Translations under genes and position numbers: made by a program | Assembly: GCA_964016885.1 (NCBI GenBank) | Contig: OZ024741.1 | Coordinates: forward strand, 67,828,001-67,892,000 | DNA: 64,000 nt | Direction of reading: 5' to 3' | DNA from: Eledone cirrhosa | Lineage: Eukaryota | The notes under the pieces: model-generated | Seen by the model: the letters and a program-made list of their open reading frames with translations, nothing else | Told to the model about the DNA's origin: nothing | The model's database searches: none | Shown: in pieces, positions 29,754-42,275 of the stretch | Numbering within the stretch: the stretch's first letter is position 1 | Layout: every line of letters starts with the position of its first letter

Positions 29754-29926
29754 ATATAACATGCATTTTAGTAAAATAAATTATGCATATACAGTATAGA
29801 TACATACACACGAATGTACGCTAGCAAACACACACATGCATACACGAACACATGCACATACACAGACAACTTCATTCACAAGACTCGAGCCCACCAGTGG
29901 CTATAGTAAGTGACAGGTTTCGATGA

Positions 29927-29993
29927 TGTCCCCGTCTGGAATCGACCCCAGAAACTTATGAGTGCGACACGGATATCTTAGCCACTCTGCATC
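29927..29993 (-). mobile_element. tRNA-derived SINE head (not a functional tRNA)
   Basis: Minus strand GCAGAGTGGCTAAG...GGGTCGATTCC box A/B spacing; no intact cloverleaf. Confidence 0.5.
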
Positions 29994-30463
29994 CATACCA
30001 TACATCTATTCCATAAGAAACGCAAAATCTCTTATAAACAAACTTCATACAACTGTCTGCACTTCATTCAACCCTCACCCCACACCATTCTACTTCACTC
30101 CAATCCTAAAATCCGGCAAGACAACATTGGTCGATGTAAACCTACAGTCGACACATAATCTAGTTTATTTAGCACGATTTATTAAGTTCTTATATTAACG
30201 CTTCAGCGATTAGAAAAAGGATTATAATACTGGGTGGATTAAGCTCGGATTAGAAAACGTAAGGATCGTTCTATTACTCATTGGGGAGGTAAAAGTAATG
30301 CTACTATGACTGCTGGAACAGTTCATGTTGTTACTGTTGCTACTGATGATGATGATAGCGATAATAGTAATAATACTTATAATAATGGTGATGATGATGT
30401 TCATGGGCATGATATTAACAACAGTAAGAACGATGATAATAAAGACGACGATGATGATGATGA

Positions 30464-30654
30464 TAATTGTTTCTACTTTTGGCACAAGGCCAGCAATTAC
30501 CCAGTGTATTACTCGTACTTTATTTTATCGACCCCGTAAGGATGAAAGGCAAAGTTAACCTCGGCGGGATTTGAACTCAGAATGGAAAGGGCCGTAACTC
30601 TTTGCGTCAAAGCATTGTGTCCGACCCTCTACCGATACTGCCAATCCACCGCCT
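30464..30654 (-). mobile_element. Full-length SINE (reference copy, short variant)
   Basis: Minus strand AGGCGGTGGATTGGCAGTATCGG...GAGTTCAAATCCCGCC...GGCCTTGTGCCAAAAGTAGAAACAATTAT. Confidence 0.92.
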
Positions 30655-30727
30655 TTTGATGATGATGATGATGATAATGTTCATGAAATGATGTCGATAT
30701 TATTATTATATTATCATTATTATAGTT

Positions 30728-31105
30728 GATTGGCAGTATCCGTAGAGCACCGGACATGTTTCGCGGCATAGAGTTACGTCCTTTTACGATCTGAGTTCAA
30801 ATCCTGCCGAGGTTAATTTTGCCCTTTTATCCTTACAGGGTCGATAAAATAAAGTACCAGTCATACACTGGGTAATTGCTGGCCTTGTGCCAAAAGTAGA
30901 AACATTATTAAGAGCGGTGGATTGTGGATTGGCAGTATTGGTAAGGTGTTAGACATCTATATGTTCTGAGGTCAAATCCCACCGAGGTTAGCTTCGCATT
31001 TCATCTTTACAGGGTCGATAAAATAAAGTAACAGTAACGCACTGGGGTCGATTTGGTCGACTTTCCCCTTCCCCCAAATTGTTGGTCTTGTGCCTAAATT
31101 ATTAT
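30728..31105 (+). mobile_element. Two SINE copies in tandem
   Basis: Heads GATTGGCAGTAT at about 30728 and 30927. Confidence 0.85.
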
Positions 31106-31689
31106 TATTGTTGTTGTTGCTGCTGTTTTTGTTGTTGTCGATAAAATGAAACATCAATAATTCACTGTTCTTTATGCCACCCTCTCCAAATGTACTTAGA
31201 TCAGAAACCATTATTTAAAACGAACAACAGCAATAACAATAATTAATTCTAATTGAGGCACAAAGCCGAAAATTTGTACGGAGGAAACATTCGATCATAT
31301 CGACCTCAGTAGGTAACAGGTACTTTATTTTATCGACCTCAGAGGGATGAAAGGCAAATGTGACCTTGGTGAAATTTGAACATAACTAAAAAAAAGAAAA
31401 CAATAAAAAATGTCAACAACAGTAATCCCAGAGATAAACTCCACACAAAACCCCGGATTAAAAGTGCCCTCCGTCGCGGTTTCCTGCCTTTTACTTAAAA
31501 TAGCTTAGTCAGATTAAGCCCGTTCAGTCGTCTCAATCTCGCTGCTTTTACCCATCTTTCATAAGACACACTAAACTATTATTACTAACATTACAAATAT
31601 AGGTTCCGAAAATATTACGAAAATGTTGAATGTTGAATGTTGAAGAATTGTTTTTATTATCTCATATAATGCATGTGTAACAAATGTTC

Positions 31690-32200
31690 ATAAAGCTCGT
31701 TAATCTGATACCAGGAGTAAATGAACTATTAACGAAGATGCTAAACAAGACTGGACTTGGATACAAATGCTATGGAAAGAAAATCAACCATTTTTGTATA
31801 TGAACGATCTTAAGCTGTACGGCAATGACAACAATCAAAGGAAACATTAACGCAGAAGTACATGGATTTACAAAAGTAATAGATCTGAAAAGTGAATTAG
31901 AAAAGTGCGTCAAAACTGAAGAGAGAGAAACTATATAAAACACTAATATCATGTTAGATCAAGAAACTATCATAAGGAAATTATATCAATCATAGATAAG
32001 AAATACTTAGGAGGCTACGACATACCCAAATGAAAGAAAAGATTAGAAAAAAATATTATTGACTAATTACTTTGGTAAGGCAGAACTAAATGCAAAGGAT
32101 AATGTAATAGGTATCAATATTTTAGCTGACACAGTTGTCAGCCACGCTTTTTCTGTCATTTATTAGAGACTAAAGAAACTATCAAGACATAATAAGCAGA
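31690..32200 (+). pseudogene. Decayed R4/Dong-clade non-LTR RT fragment
   Basis: Translates in pieces as INH-LYMNDLKLYG (cf. HLLYMDDLKLY), LEKC, KYLG, LNAKDNVIGINILA. Confidence 0.65.
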
Positions 32201-32314
32201 ACAGAGTCAGTAACTGCAGAATATGTGGATTCCTCCACAGACATGGAAGTGTTGGTATTTACAGCAACAGTAATACATAGAGCTGCACCTGTTGTTGTTG
32301 TTATTGTTGTTGGT

Positions 32315-32366
<52 letters not shown>

Positions 32367-33063
32367 GGGGAGGAGGGGGGAGAAGAGGAGGGGGGGGGAG
32401 AAGAAGAAGAAGAAGAAGAAGAAGAAGAAGAAGAAGAAGAAGAAGAAGAAGAATGAAAATAGTACAACGATGCGATTGGAAAGAGTGGCGATAAGAAGAG
32501 AGTTAAGAGCGTGAAACAAATATATATGGGAGTTGCAAACCAGGAGTAATGAGAAAATAAGTGCTACTAGGAAAACTAAAATACATGTGACGTCAAAAAG
32601 TAACCTCGTTTTTATAATGTAATCTCAGCCGCCATATTGTGTAATCGTGTGTGGCTGTGTCTGGATGAGTGAATGTGCATATGTGTGGTTTATAATGGCT
32701 GATTGTGGGCATGTGTATGATGGCACGTAATTAATATGCATGAAAGGAAATGGTGACGTCATAGTTAATCATTTAGTCTTCATTGGCGTGGCTGGCAGAG
32801 CATGAAAAACCGGATTATAGTAGTGTAGTTACTGTTTCTCCATATTCGCATCCTATCAGTCACAGACTACACAACAAACAACCCACAATCACATTTTATT
32901 CATTTAATTGAAAATTTCTTGATTGATTCACAGCCTCAATTATTCTATTTTTATCGAACGTTGATCTAAACTATGTCGGGGTTTTCAAAGCGGTATTACA
33001 CACACACACACATACACAAACACACACACACACAAACACACAGAAACACACAGAAACACACAG

Positions 33064-33144
<81 letters not shown>

Positions 33145-33145
33145 T

Positions 33146-33178
<33 letters not shown>

Positions 33179-33313
33179 AGCAGAAGGGATATTCAATTTG
33201 TTGGTAATTCAACAAATATAAATGTTTATAACTGATTCAGAGCACTCAAGGATAACTTGAACCGTTAAGGTATATTCTCCTTGGTTATGTCAACATTTAT
33301 AAAACGCACTTCG

Positions 33314-33370
33314 TATTATATCTGATGAAAGCGTACCAAAATGTTTGGTATCCTTGAAATATATATAATA
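33314..33370 (+). ncRNA. Minimal hammerhead ribozyme candidate (family D)
   Basis: TATTATA(T)-CTGATGA-AAGCGTACCAAA ATG TTTGGTATCCTT-GAAA-TA-TA|TATAATA, AATAAA just downstream; stem I register off by one nucleotide. Confidence 0.55.
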
Positions 33371-33414
33371 GAATAAATATGGTTTTATAAATATATTTTC
33401 CATTTATTTAATAT

Positions 33415-33502
<88 letters not shown>

Positions 33503-33902
33503 CGGCGATGAACAGTGAGTGTGTTCTGTTATTAAAAAGACAAAATAAAATAAGATAAACAAACAAGCAAATAAATAAATAAATATATAGACGGACTGAA
33601 CAAAAAAAATGGCGTAGACATACAACACAACAGGAGGAACAATGAATATAACACCACTGACGATGTTGCAGATGTGCAACGAAAGATTTATGTAAACTAT
33701 ATATATATGTGTTTGTCTATATTGTATCTGTATTATTTTATTTTTGACCGCCGGTCAGTCAATGGCAACATTGAGGACCGAGTAAGTTAGATCGCAGATA
33801 TATATATATAAAAGACAGCGAGAAGCGAAAACCAACCAAACAGTGAGTGTGTTCTGTTATTAATTCTGGCAATATTACGCAAATATGACCCTCCCCAAAT
33901 AT

Positions 33903-33957
<55 letters not shown>

Positions 33958-34044
33958 AAAAAGTGTGGACGTTAGAAAACGTTCTATGCAGATCACGTTA
34001 TATAAGGAAAATGATAAAGAAAAAAGGAGTTTGGAAAGCACACT

Positions 34045-34118
<74 letters not shown>

Positions 34119-35266
34119 CGGATCCTTATAACATGTACAAAAATTGAGGTTAAAAATTGATGTTAGCAATGCCCACTTTCTCCGTTTGAGATTATCAAAA
34201 CATTTGTTTGTAGGTTAAATTACATTTTCGTTAAAACTTCTGCATGCTGATTTTCAACCATATTTTATGTGCATATGTGTATGTGTGTAAGTATATATGT
34301 ATACATATATGTATATGTGTGTGTGTATATATATATTATATATATATATAATAGCCGGTAGCACTAAAACAGCTTTTAAGTATAATACAGGTGTATAGGA
34401 AAACATATAAACATATATAATACAGTTATATACGCTTAACAAATAGGTAGCCAGTGTTTAAATGAAAGGTACAATCCATTTGATGAACTTCTGAGCACTT
34501 ATCATCTACCGTTTACCAATGTTCGCGCTCAAACTTGGTATCGATTCAAGGTTATAGTAAAGTCATAGCAGTTACACGATGTACAACGTGATTAGGCCAC
34601 TTAATTCCGTAACGAATTTCTTAACAACTATTCGACCATATCTTTCAATGCCATTCTAGCAATACATTATAAATTTATGACTTACAAAATTCTGTATTAC
34701 ATACACAACAATGATTTATGCTTGTATTGCATTGATACATGAAAGTTTTAGTAATATTACAACATCTTAAGTTGTCCTGCTTTCAATGAAAGAGTTCCCA
34801 ACAATAACCAATAACATCAATACCAGCATCTGCTGTAGAATTGTAATAGAAACGATAACAATACTAGCCGTTAAAAAGAGAATACACCGGATCGACCTAA
34901 TTTGAATACATTGTTTTGGTGCTCTGGAAGGAAACTGGTTTTTTACATTATATAAATGTCAAGTTTAGCCAAGTGAGTGAGTAGAGTCTATTAAAGCACG
35001 ATTCGTAATGTCTAGCTTTAAACGGAATACATCAAACCTATGTTTGTACTGAAATACAATTACGCTATCTCATACAATCAATGGTCTTTTGCTTTCATGT
35101 CGTTATGAACGTGTTATGTCTTACTTACTTATCTATCTCTCTATGTCTGTTTGTACACAGACACCCGCACATACATTCACATTTACATGTGTAAATATAT
35201 ATGTGCATACACGCATACACACATACATACATTCTTATACACACACACACACACACACACGCACGA

Positions 35267-35301
<35 letters not shown>

Positions 35302-35340
35302 GATATATTTCTTTATTTACCATAAAGGCATGATATATAT

Positions 35341-35397
<57 letters not shown>

Positions 35398-35414
35398 ATA
35401 TATATATTAGAAAC

Positions 35415-35454
<40 letters not shown>

Positions 35455-35466
35455 ATGTATATATGT

Positions 35467-36001
35467 TACCGATGATGTTGATCTTTTCTTCTTTTAGGGT
35501 TATAGCTACTGTCACTCAGAGAGTGGGATTGGCTCAGTGCACAGTCTTTCCTCCCTTTAAAAAAATCTTCAAGCACAGGCATTGCACGATAGAATTAATT
35601 AATAATTATTAATAATGTTATATCGTGCAATGACCATACTCGATGACGAGGGGGCAGCCATCATCATATATATATCGTCGGGCAGGATATCCGATCGCGC
35701 GGTTAAACCACTGGGAGTGAAGGACCCCTAGCCTTTGTCAGGGCATTCTTCTAGGAGAAGGCAACTCAGGAAACTGGGATAACTCCAATATAAAACCTGC
35801 GGCTCAGTAGCTACCGATGATGTTGAACTTTTCTTCTTTTCGGGTTATAGCTACTGTCGCTCAGAGAGTGGGATTGGCTCAGTGCACAGTCTTTCCTCAC
35901 TTTAAAAATATCTTCACGCACAGGTATTGCGCGATAGAATTAATTAATAATTATTAACAATGTTATATTGTGCAATGGCCATACTTGATAACGAGGGGGA
36001 A

Positions 36002-36010
<9 letters not shown>
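35467..36010 (+). mobile_element. Short non-autonomous element in (TA)n with a ~200-bp partial tandem duplication; head resembles RTE-type 5' UTRs
   Basis: 35467-35670 repeats 35811-36010; CTAGGAGAAGGCAACTC...AAACC motif at about 35750-35797. Confidence 0.55.
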
Positions 36011-36051
<41 letters not shown>

Positions 36052-36193
36052 CACAAATATGGTAAAGGTATCCAAGCGTAAGAGCTCTCAGTCCATAGGA
36101 CGAGTTGAGTATCTATATATATAAACGAGTAAATCAGACAAAGTTGGAATTCCTTTTATTAATATAATCTGCTATACAAAATCATACACACCC

Positions 36194-36231
<38 letters not shown>

Positions 36232-36232
36232 T

Positions 36233-36490
36233 CTTTTACTCTTTTACCTGTTCCAGCCATCCGTCTGAGGCCATGCTGGGGCACTGCCGTTGTTGCAGCC
36301 ACTTTTGATGTAAGAGGGAGTTCGTTGCTGCTGCCCTTAGGTTACCTTCGTACTGTGCTGTGGACTCATCTGGGATCCTGGATGTGTGAAGATGTTTCTT
36401 GAAAACATCCATGTCCACACCATGCAGATGTCTCAAATTTCTTGCCAGCTTGTTGAAGAGCTGAGGGCCTTTGAACCCCAGGCTGTTGCA
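36233..36490 (-). pseudogene. CR1-like LINE 3' end fragment
   Basis: Minus strand GPQLFNKLARNLRHLHGVDMDVFKKHL..SRIPDE...RAAATNSL, then a short 3' tail ending in (GTAAAAGA) repeats. Confidence 0.65.
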
Positions 36491-36505
36491 ATATCAGCTC
36501 TTTAT

Positions 36506-36537
<32 letters not shown>

Positions 36538-36594
36538 CCCATATAGTTTCACCACAAAGCACACTTGCACACAAAAATCTACATCACAAACGAA

Positions 36595-36691
<97 letters not shown>

Positions 36692-36852
36692 ATCAAATAA
36701 AGCGATAGGAGGCCGGAAAGAAAGTTGAAATTCCTGTAAAGATTTTATTCTGCGGGCAATATATATAGATGTGACCAGTAAGATTCCTGCGATATCATCA
36801 GGTACATTGCATAACAGTTATAAAGAAAACATGGTGAACACATGTCGTGTAC

Positions 36853-36920
<68 letters not shown>

Positions 36921-36928
<8 letters not shown>

Positions 36929-37090
36929 ATACTTTGGGAGGGTCATGTTGCCAATAAGAAACACACGCACCAGTTGTTTCACTTGAATTTATTATAATAA
37001 ATTTATAAATTTATTATAATAAATTGAAGTGAAACAACTGGTGCGTGTGTTTCTTATTGGCAACATGACCCTCCCAAAGTATAACAATAT
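36921..37090. repeat. 170-bp near-perfect palindrome between (TA)n tracts
   Basis: ATATTGTTATACTTTGGGAGG...CCTCCCAAAGTATAACAATAT; related single-arm sequence at about 33830-33910. Confidence 0.9.
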
Positions 37091-37144
37091 CGGTTTCAAC
37101 ACACGATTTCAGATAAAGAATCTTGCCAAACAAATTCAAAAACG

Positions 37145-37224
<80 letters not shown>

Positions 37225-37392
37225 GTAATAATAATAAATTTGAAGACTAAAATCCAAAGAGGGCTCGATAAGGATAAATATATATCAAATACATAAGAAC
37301 CGTAGAGCAAATAATTATTAAAATAACAGATTAAAGTTTAAGCAAAGAATCGGGGTCTTTAACATTTTTCTCTCTCTCTCTATATATATATA

Positions 37393-37615
37393 TAGGAACG
37401 AGTAGGACCCCGACGGCTGAGCTCAAGCCGTTTCGACGGCTAATTCTGGACGCTTAGTGTAGTAGAGTGGGTAATAGGAACGAGTAGGACCCCGACGACT
37501 GAGCCCAAGCCGTTACGACGGCTAATTCTGGACGCCCTAATTCTCTACTACCCTAAGTATTGAGTACTTTAGTGCGTTATGGTCCACCTGGTTCCTTACC
37601 ACATTTCCTTCGTTA
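37393..37615. mobile_element. Scrambled copy of the family-F hammerhead element (two minus-strand half ribozymes + plus-strand tail)
   Basis: Shares GGACCCCGACGGCTGAGCTCAAGCCGTTTCGACGGCTA and the AAGTATTGAGTACTTT...CCTTCGTTAT tail with 52305-52537 and 55705-56067. Confidence 0.8.
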
Positions 37616-37713
37616 TATATATATATATATATAAGTATACATAGACATGAATATACATTTGTTTATATGTTTATGCATGTGTATAGATATACATATATGT
37701 CTATGTGTGTGTG

Positions 37714-37782
<69 letters not shown>

Positions 37783-37896
37783 TAATAAAAGGAATTCCAA
37801 CTTTGTCTGATTTACTCGTTTTATTTACAATCCTTTAAAATTATAATGATATTATAATGAAATAGTATGGTAGAATATTAAATGTTAAGTGTTAAT

Positions 37897-37935
37897 TGAA
37901 CAAGTACTTTCATGCTTTCGCAATCTTCAGGTTCA
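37897..37935 (-). ncRNA. Minimal hammerhead ribozyme (family E) within element 37778-37975
   Basis: Reverse complement of 56782-56820. Confidence 0.8.
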
Positions 37936-38339
37936 TATTCTGTGGTGACAGTCAAGTTTGCAATTTTCAAATTGCATATGTGTGTGTGTGCGAGTGACGT
38001 CACAATAGATATTGTTTAATCCATAATAGTACATATGGTGCCAGTCATTCTGTACAAACTCTCGAAGCTTCTGTTATCCAACTGATTAATAATTAATTCA
38101 GTGAGAGTATTTCGTTTTTCATATAATTTTATATCCATTTATTTACTCGGTTTTCGAGGCTTGATTGTTGCTTCTATAAGTGCGAAGAATCGTTATGGAG
38201 TGGAGGTGTCTGAAGTGGAGGTCGATGATGGTGATGGTGGTGGTGGTGGTGGTGGTGATGGTGGTGGTGATGATGGTGATGATGATTACGACGAAAATAT
38301 TAATGTTCATCAAGATAATAACAGTGAATATCGAGTCTT

Positions 38340-38923
38340 AATGGTGGTGGTGATGATGATGATGATGATGGTAGTGGTTGTGGTGTTGGAGGTATTGGCT
38401 GAGATGGTATTGTTGTTGATGGTGGTGGTGGTGGTGGTGGTGATGGTGGTGGTGATGATGATGATGATGATGATGATGATGGTAGTTGTGGTGGTGGTGT
38501 TGGGGGTATTGGCTGAGATGGTATTGTTGTTGATGGTGGTGGTGATGGTGGTGGTGATGATGATGATGATGATGATGATGGTAGTGGTGGTGGTGGTGTT
38601 GGGGGTATTGGCTGAGATGGTATTGTTGTTGATGGTGGTGGTGGTGGTGGTGGTGATGATGATGATGATGGTAGTGGTGGTGGTGGTGGTAATGATGATG
38701 ATAATGATGATGGTAGTGGTGGTGGTGGTGATGATGATGATGATGATGGTAGTGGTGGTGGTGGTGTTGGGGGTATTGGCTGAGATGGTATTGTTGATGA
38801 TGATGATGATGATGATGGTAGTGGTGGTGGTGGTGATGATGATGATGATGATGGTAGTGGTGGTGGTGGTGTTGGTGGTGGTATTGGCTGAGATGGTATT
38901 GTTGTTGATGGTGGTGGTGGTGG

Positions 38924-38972
<49 letters not shown>

Positions 38973-39260
38973 TGGTGGTGGTGGTGGTATTGTCTGAGAT
39001 GGTGTTGTTGTTGATGGTGGGGATGTTGATGGTGGTGATGTGGGGGTGGGGGCAGGGGTGGCATTGGCTGAGATGGTTTTATTGTTGTTGTTGTTGTTGG
39101 TGCTGGTGGTGGTATTGACTGAGATGGTGTGGTTGTTGTTGTTGTTTGTGGTGGTGGTGCTATTGGCTGAGATGTTGTTGTTGCTGTTGGTGGCGGTGGT
39201 GGTGGTGGAGGCGGTGGTAGTGGGTGAGATGGTTTTGCTGGTGGTGGAGGAGGTGGTGTT
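38340..39260. repeat. Compound minisatellite: GGTATTGGCTGAGATGGTATTGTTG anchors separated by variable (GGT)n(GAT)n
   Basis: The anchor recurs about 10 times. Confidence 0.9.
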
Positions 39261-39623
39261 TGTCGTCGTCGTCGTCGTGGAGGTTATAATGGGTGTGGGG
39301 ATAGTGATGCTACTGATGATGATGATGAAGGTGATGTACACAATTATAATATGGATTATAGTGATCATGTTGTTGGTGATTATGAATGTGCGTGTGTGTG
39401 TGCGTGAGTGATTCTATCTCTCTCTCTATATATATATATATATATGTGTGTGTATGTGTCTGTATATATATATGCATATGTATGTGTATATATGTATATA
39501 TATATATATATACTCACATACATGCACATTCACACACACGTGCACACGCACACACACACACATACACACGCACGAACACATGCACACGCACGCACACACA
39601 CATAATCATATATATATATATAT

Positions 39624-39822
39624 AGTTTTAATATAGATGAGATTCTACAGGACTAGAACTGTTTCATTCATTAGAAATCATCAGGAATCAGATTCCTGAT
39701 GATTTCTAATGAATGAAACAGTTCTAGTCCTGTAGAATCTCATCTATATTAAAACTGTTATACTCTGCTATGTATTGAGTACCTTACTTACTGTGGTTAC
39801 CTCCGATTCAACCCGGAATAAC
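39624..39822 (+). mobile_element. Family-A hammerhead element as a perfect fold-back (39624-39756) in (TA)n
   Basis: Palindrome centred at 39690; unique tail to 39822; (TA)n on both sides. Confidence 0.85.
39690..39740 (+). ncRNA. Type I hammerhead ribozyme (family A); mirror copy at 39640-39690 on the minus strand
   Basis: AGATTC-CTGATGA-T TTC TAAT GAA T-GAAA-CAG TTCTAGTC CTG-TA|GAATCT. Confidence 0.85.
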
Positions 39823-39857
<35 letters not shown>

Positions 39858-40451
39858 TATAGTTGTTACGCTCCAACTCTTTATTTATCTAAGCAGGATA
39901 TCATAACATTTTATTATCACCTTCAAAGAGTGGTTTTCACTGTTGCATTCATGCCTAAGCACATCATAATGGGAGATTTCAATGCTAGAGATGGAAATAT
40001 ATATATATTAGCTATAGCGAAACTGAAATAATTTAACAAAGAGAATATGAATAACTTGACATATTATTAATGGAAAAAATGCCAGATATATTCTTTAAGT
40101 GCAGACGACATTTAAATTAAGCAGCAGATAGAAATGCAATCACAGAGAAACATGTTGCAGAACAAATACAAATACGTTAAGATCTCACATATGTAACATG
40201 ACAGATGCACACTAATGAGAATTGAATAGTCTATATCATCGAATTGTCTATTCATCATATTGTAATTAGCTCCCTTTATTTTTTTTTTCCTTACACCAGA
40301 GAGGGAATTTTCCTCTAGTAATTGCATTTTTAATCGACGTCAATCAAATATTTTAAATCATTGTATTACATATGCAGCAAACAATTGCCAGGGGTTCACT
40401 TGCTAGAATATATCGTTTCTTTTAAACTGTATGAAAAAGTTGAAATTCAAA

Positions 40452-41372
40452 TATTGGTTTCTGATTTAGGCACATGGCCAACAATTATAGGGAAGTGGAA
40501 AGTTGATGAAATCGACCCCAGTGCATTGCTGGTACTTTATCGACCCGTAAAATGTGATTTGAACTCAAAACGTAAAGATGCGTAACTGGATGAATAGTGG
40601 GGGGAAATATTGTTTCCTGACTTAGGCACAAAGACAAAACTTTTTGGGGAGATTAAATCGAATCCATTGCATTACTGGTACTTTCTGAAGCTAACCTCAG
40701 TGCGATTTGAACTCAGAACATAAAGGGAAGTAACTGGGTGAATAGTGGGAATAATATTGGTTTCTGATTTAGGCACAATGCCAAACATTTTGCGGTAGGG
40801 AAATGTCTATTAAATCAACCTCAGTGCATTACTGGTACTTTATTTTATCGAAGGTGAAAGGCAAAGCTAACCTTGGCAGGATTTGAACTCAGAACGTAAA
40901 GGGATGTAACTTGATGAATAGTAGGAATAAATGCTGCAGTGCATTTCTCCAAAGCTTTAACACTTTTGATAAATCACGGCCCTTCTAATTCTTTCTAAAA
41001 TTAGCATAAGGCCATCAATTTTGGGGGAGGAGAAAGTAGATTATATTGACCCTAGTACTTTACTGGTACTTTATTTGATGAGCCTCTAAAGGATGAAAGA
41101 CAACTTACCTTCAGCAGGATTTGAACTCATAACGTAAATTGTGGGAATAACGATTGCGAATCCTTTGTCCTACGCTCTGTGTATTCTGCCAATTCATAAT
41201 AATAATAATTGTTTCTACTTTACGCGCAAGACCAGCAATTACCCAGTGCATTACTGGTAATAATAATAATAATTGTTTCTACTTTTGGCACAAAGCCAGC
41301 AATTATCCTAGTGCATTACTGGTACTTTATTTTATCGACCCCGTACGAATGAAAGGCAAAGTTAACCTTGGC
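40452..41372 (-). mobile_element. Cluster of about 6 tandem SINE copies and fragments
   Basis: Repeated GGTTTCTGATTTAGGCAC...TTACTGGTACTTT...GATTTGAACTCA units. Confidence 0.85.
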
Positions 41373-41387
41373 GTGAGTTATAATAAG

Positions 41388-41657
41388 GATTTCATTTATT
41401 GGCCACAAGGGCCTGCATGTAGAGGACTATACAAAGACACTGAGCAGATGCCGCTGTGCATTGCAGCGATCCAGCTTCTGAAGACGGGGCCGAAGCCAGC
41501 TGCCTACAGTTCGACCCTATCGAATGCTTTCGATTGATCTAAATTGATCAGAGCCCCACCGAAGCCAGGTTTACACCCACCCTCTCTATGATGTATCGCA
41601 TGAGGTGGGGGTTGTCGTGTATGGATTTGGTCGGGATTGCGCAAGCTTGCGCCTCCC
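41388..41657 (-). mobile_element. Internally deleted Tx1/L1 fragment (RT piece joined to the 3' terminus)
   Basis: 41388-41440 matches the 3' end at 47974-48030; 41440-41657 matches RT sequence at about 49740-49980; AAT repeats on both sides. Confidence 0.85.
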
Positions 41658-41685
41658 AATAATAATAATAATAATAGTAATAATA

Positions 41686-41935
41686 ATTTGGAACTGCCAT
41701 GAGGTCAAAGTGGTCCCGATTGTCATAGGCGCACTAGGTACTATCTCAAAGAGTTTCCTAGAATGGTTAAAGAAAATTGGCCCCGCCCCGCTTTTTGCAA
41801 CACTTCAAAAGGCATGCTTGCTGGGAACAGCAAGAACCCTCCGATACGTCCTGAATATCTGAGGCTGCAGGTAGTGGCTTGATATTCATTTCAACAAACT
41901 TTCCAGTTAACTAACATCAATGACTGAGACTCAAA

Positions 41936-41936
<1 letters not shown>
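41686..41936 (+). pseudogene. R4/Dong-clade retrotransposon 3' end (restriction-like endonuclease C-terminus + 3' UTR) inside (AAT)n
   Basis: WNCHEVKVVPIVIGALGTISKSFLEWLKKIG...LQKACLLGTARTLRYVL*, flanked on both sides by (AAT)n. Confidence 0.8.
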
Positions 41937-41981
<45 letters not shown>

Positions 41982-42275
41982 GATTTCTTTATTAACCACA
42001 AGGGTTTACATAAAGTAGACATTAAGGACAGTGCAGGACAATGCAGGACGGTACAAATGGGCATTTCTGCGTGTAAAAAACAAAAACAGAGGATGTAACA
42101 AAAATAACAATGAAAATAACAATGAAAAATTCCCCAATAGGGGGGAGACTTCGGAGGGACATTTGTGGAGAAAGCCCAGTAAAAAGCCACAATGACCCTG
42201 ACCACCAAGGCAAGTGCACTCTCCCAGTTTTCCACCTTTAATTTACAGATATATACTCAGAGTAGGCCCATTCAC

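Noticed and set aside
36760-36830. Minus-strand CTGATGA followed by a possible stem and AATAAA
   Set aside because: The GAAA box is absent; too degenerate to call.
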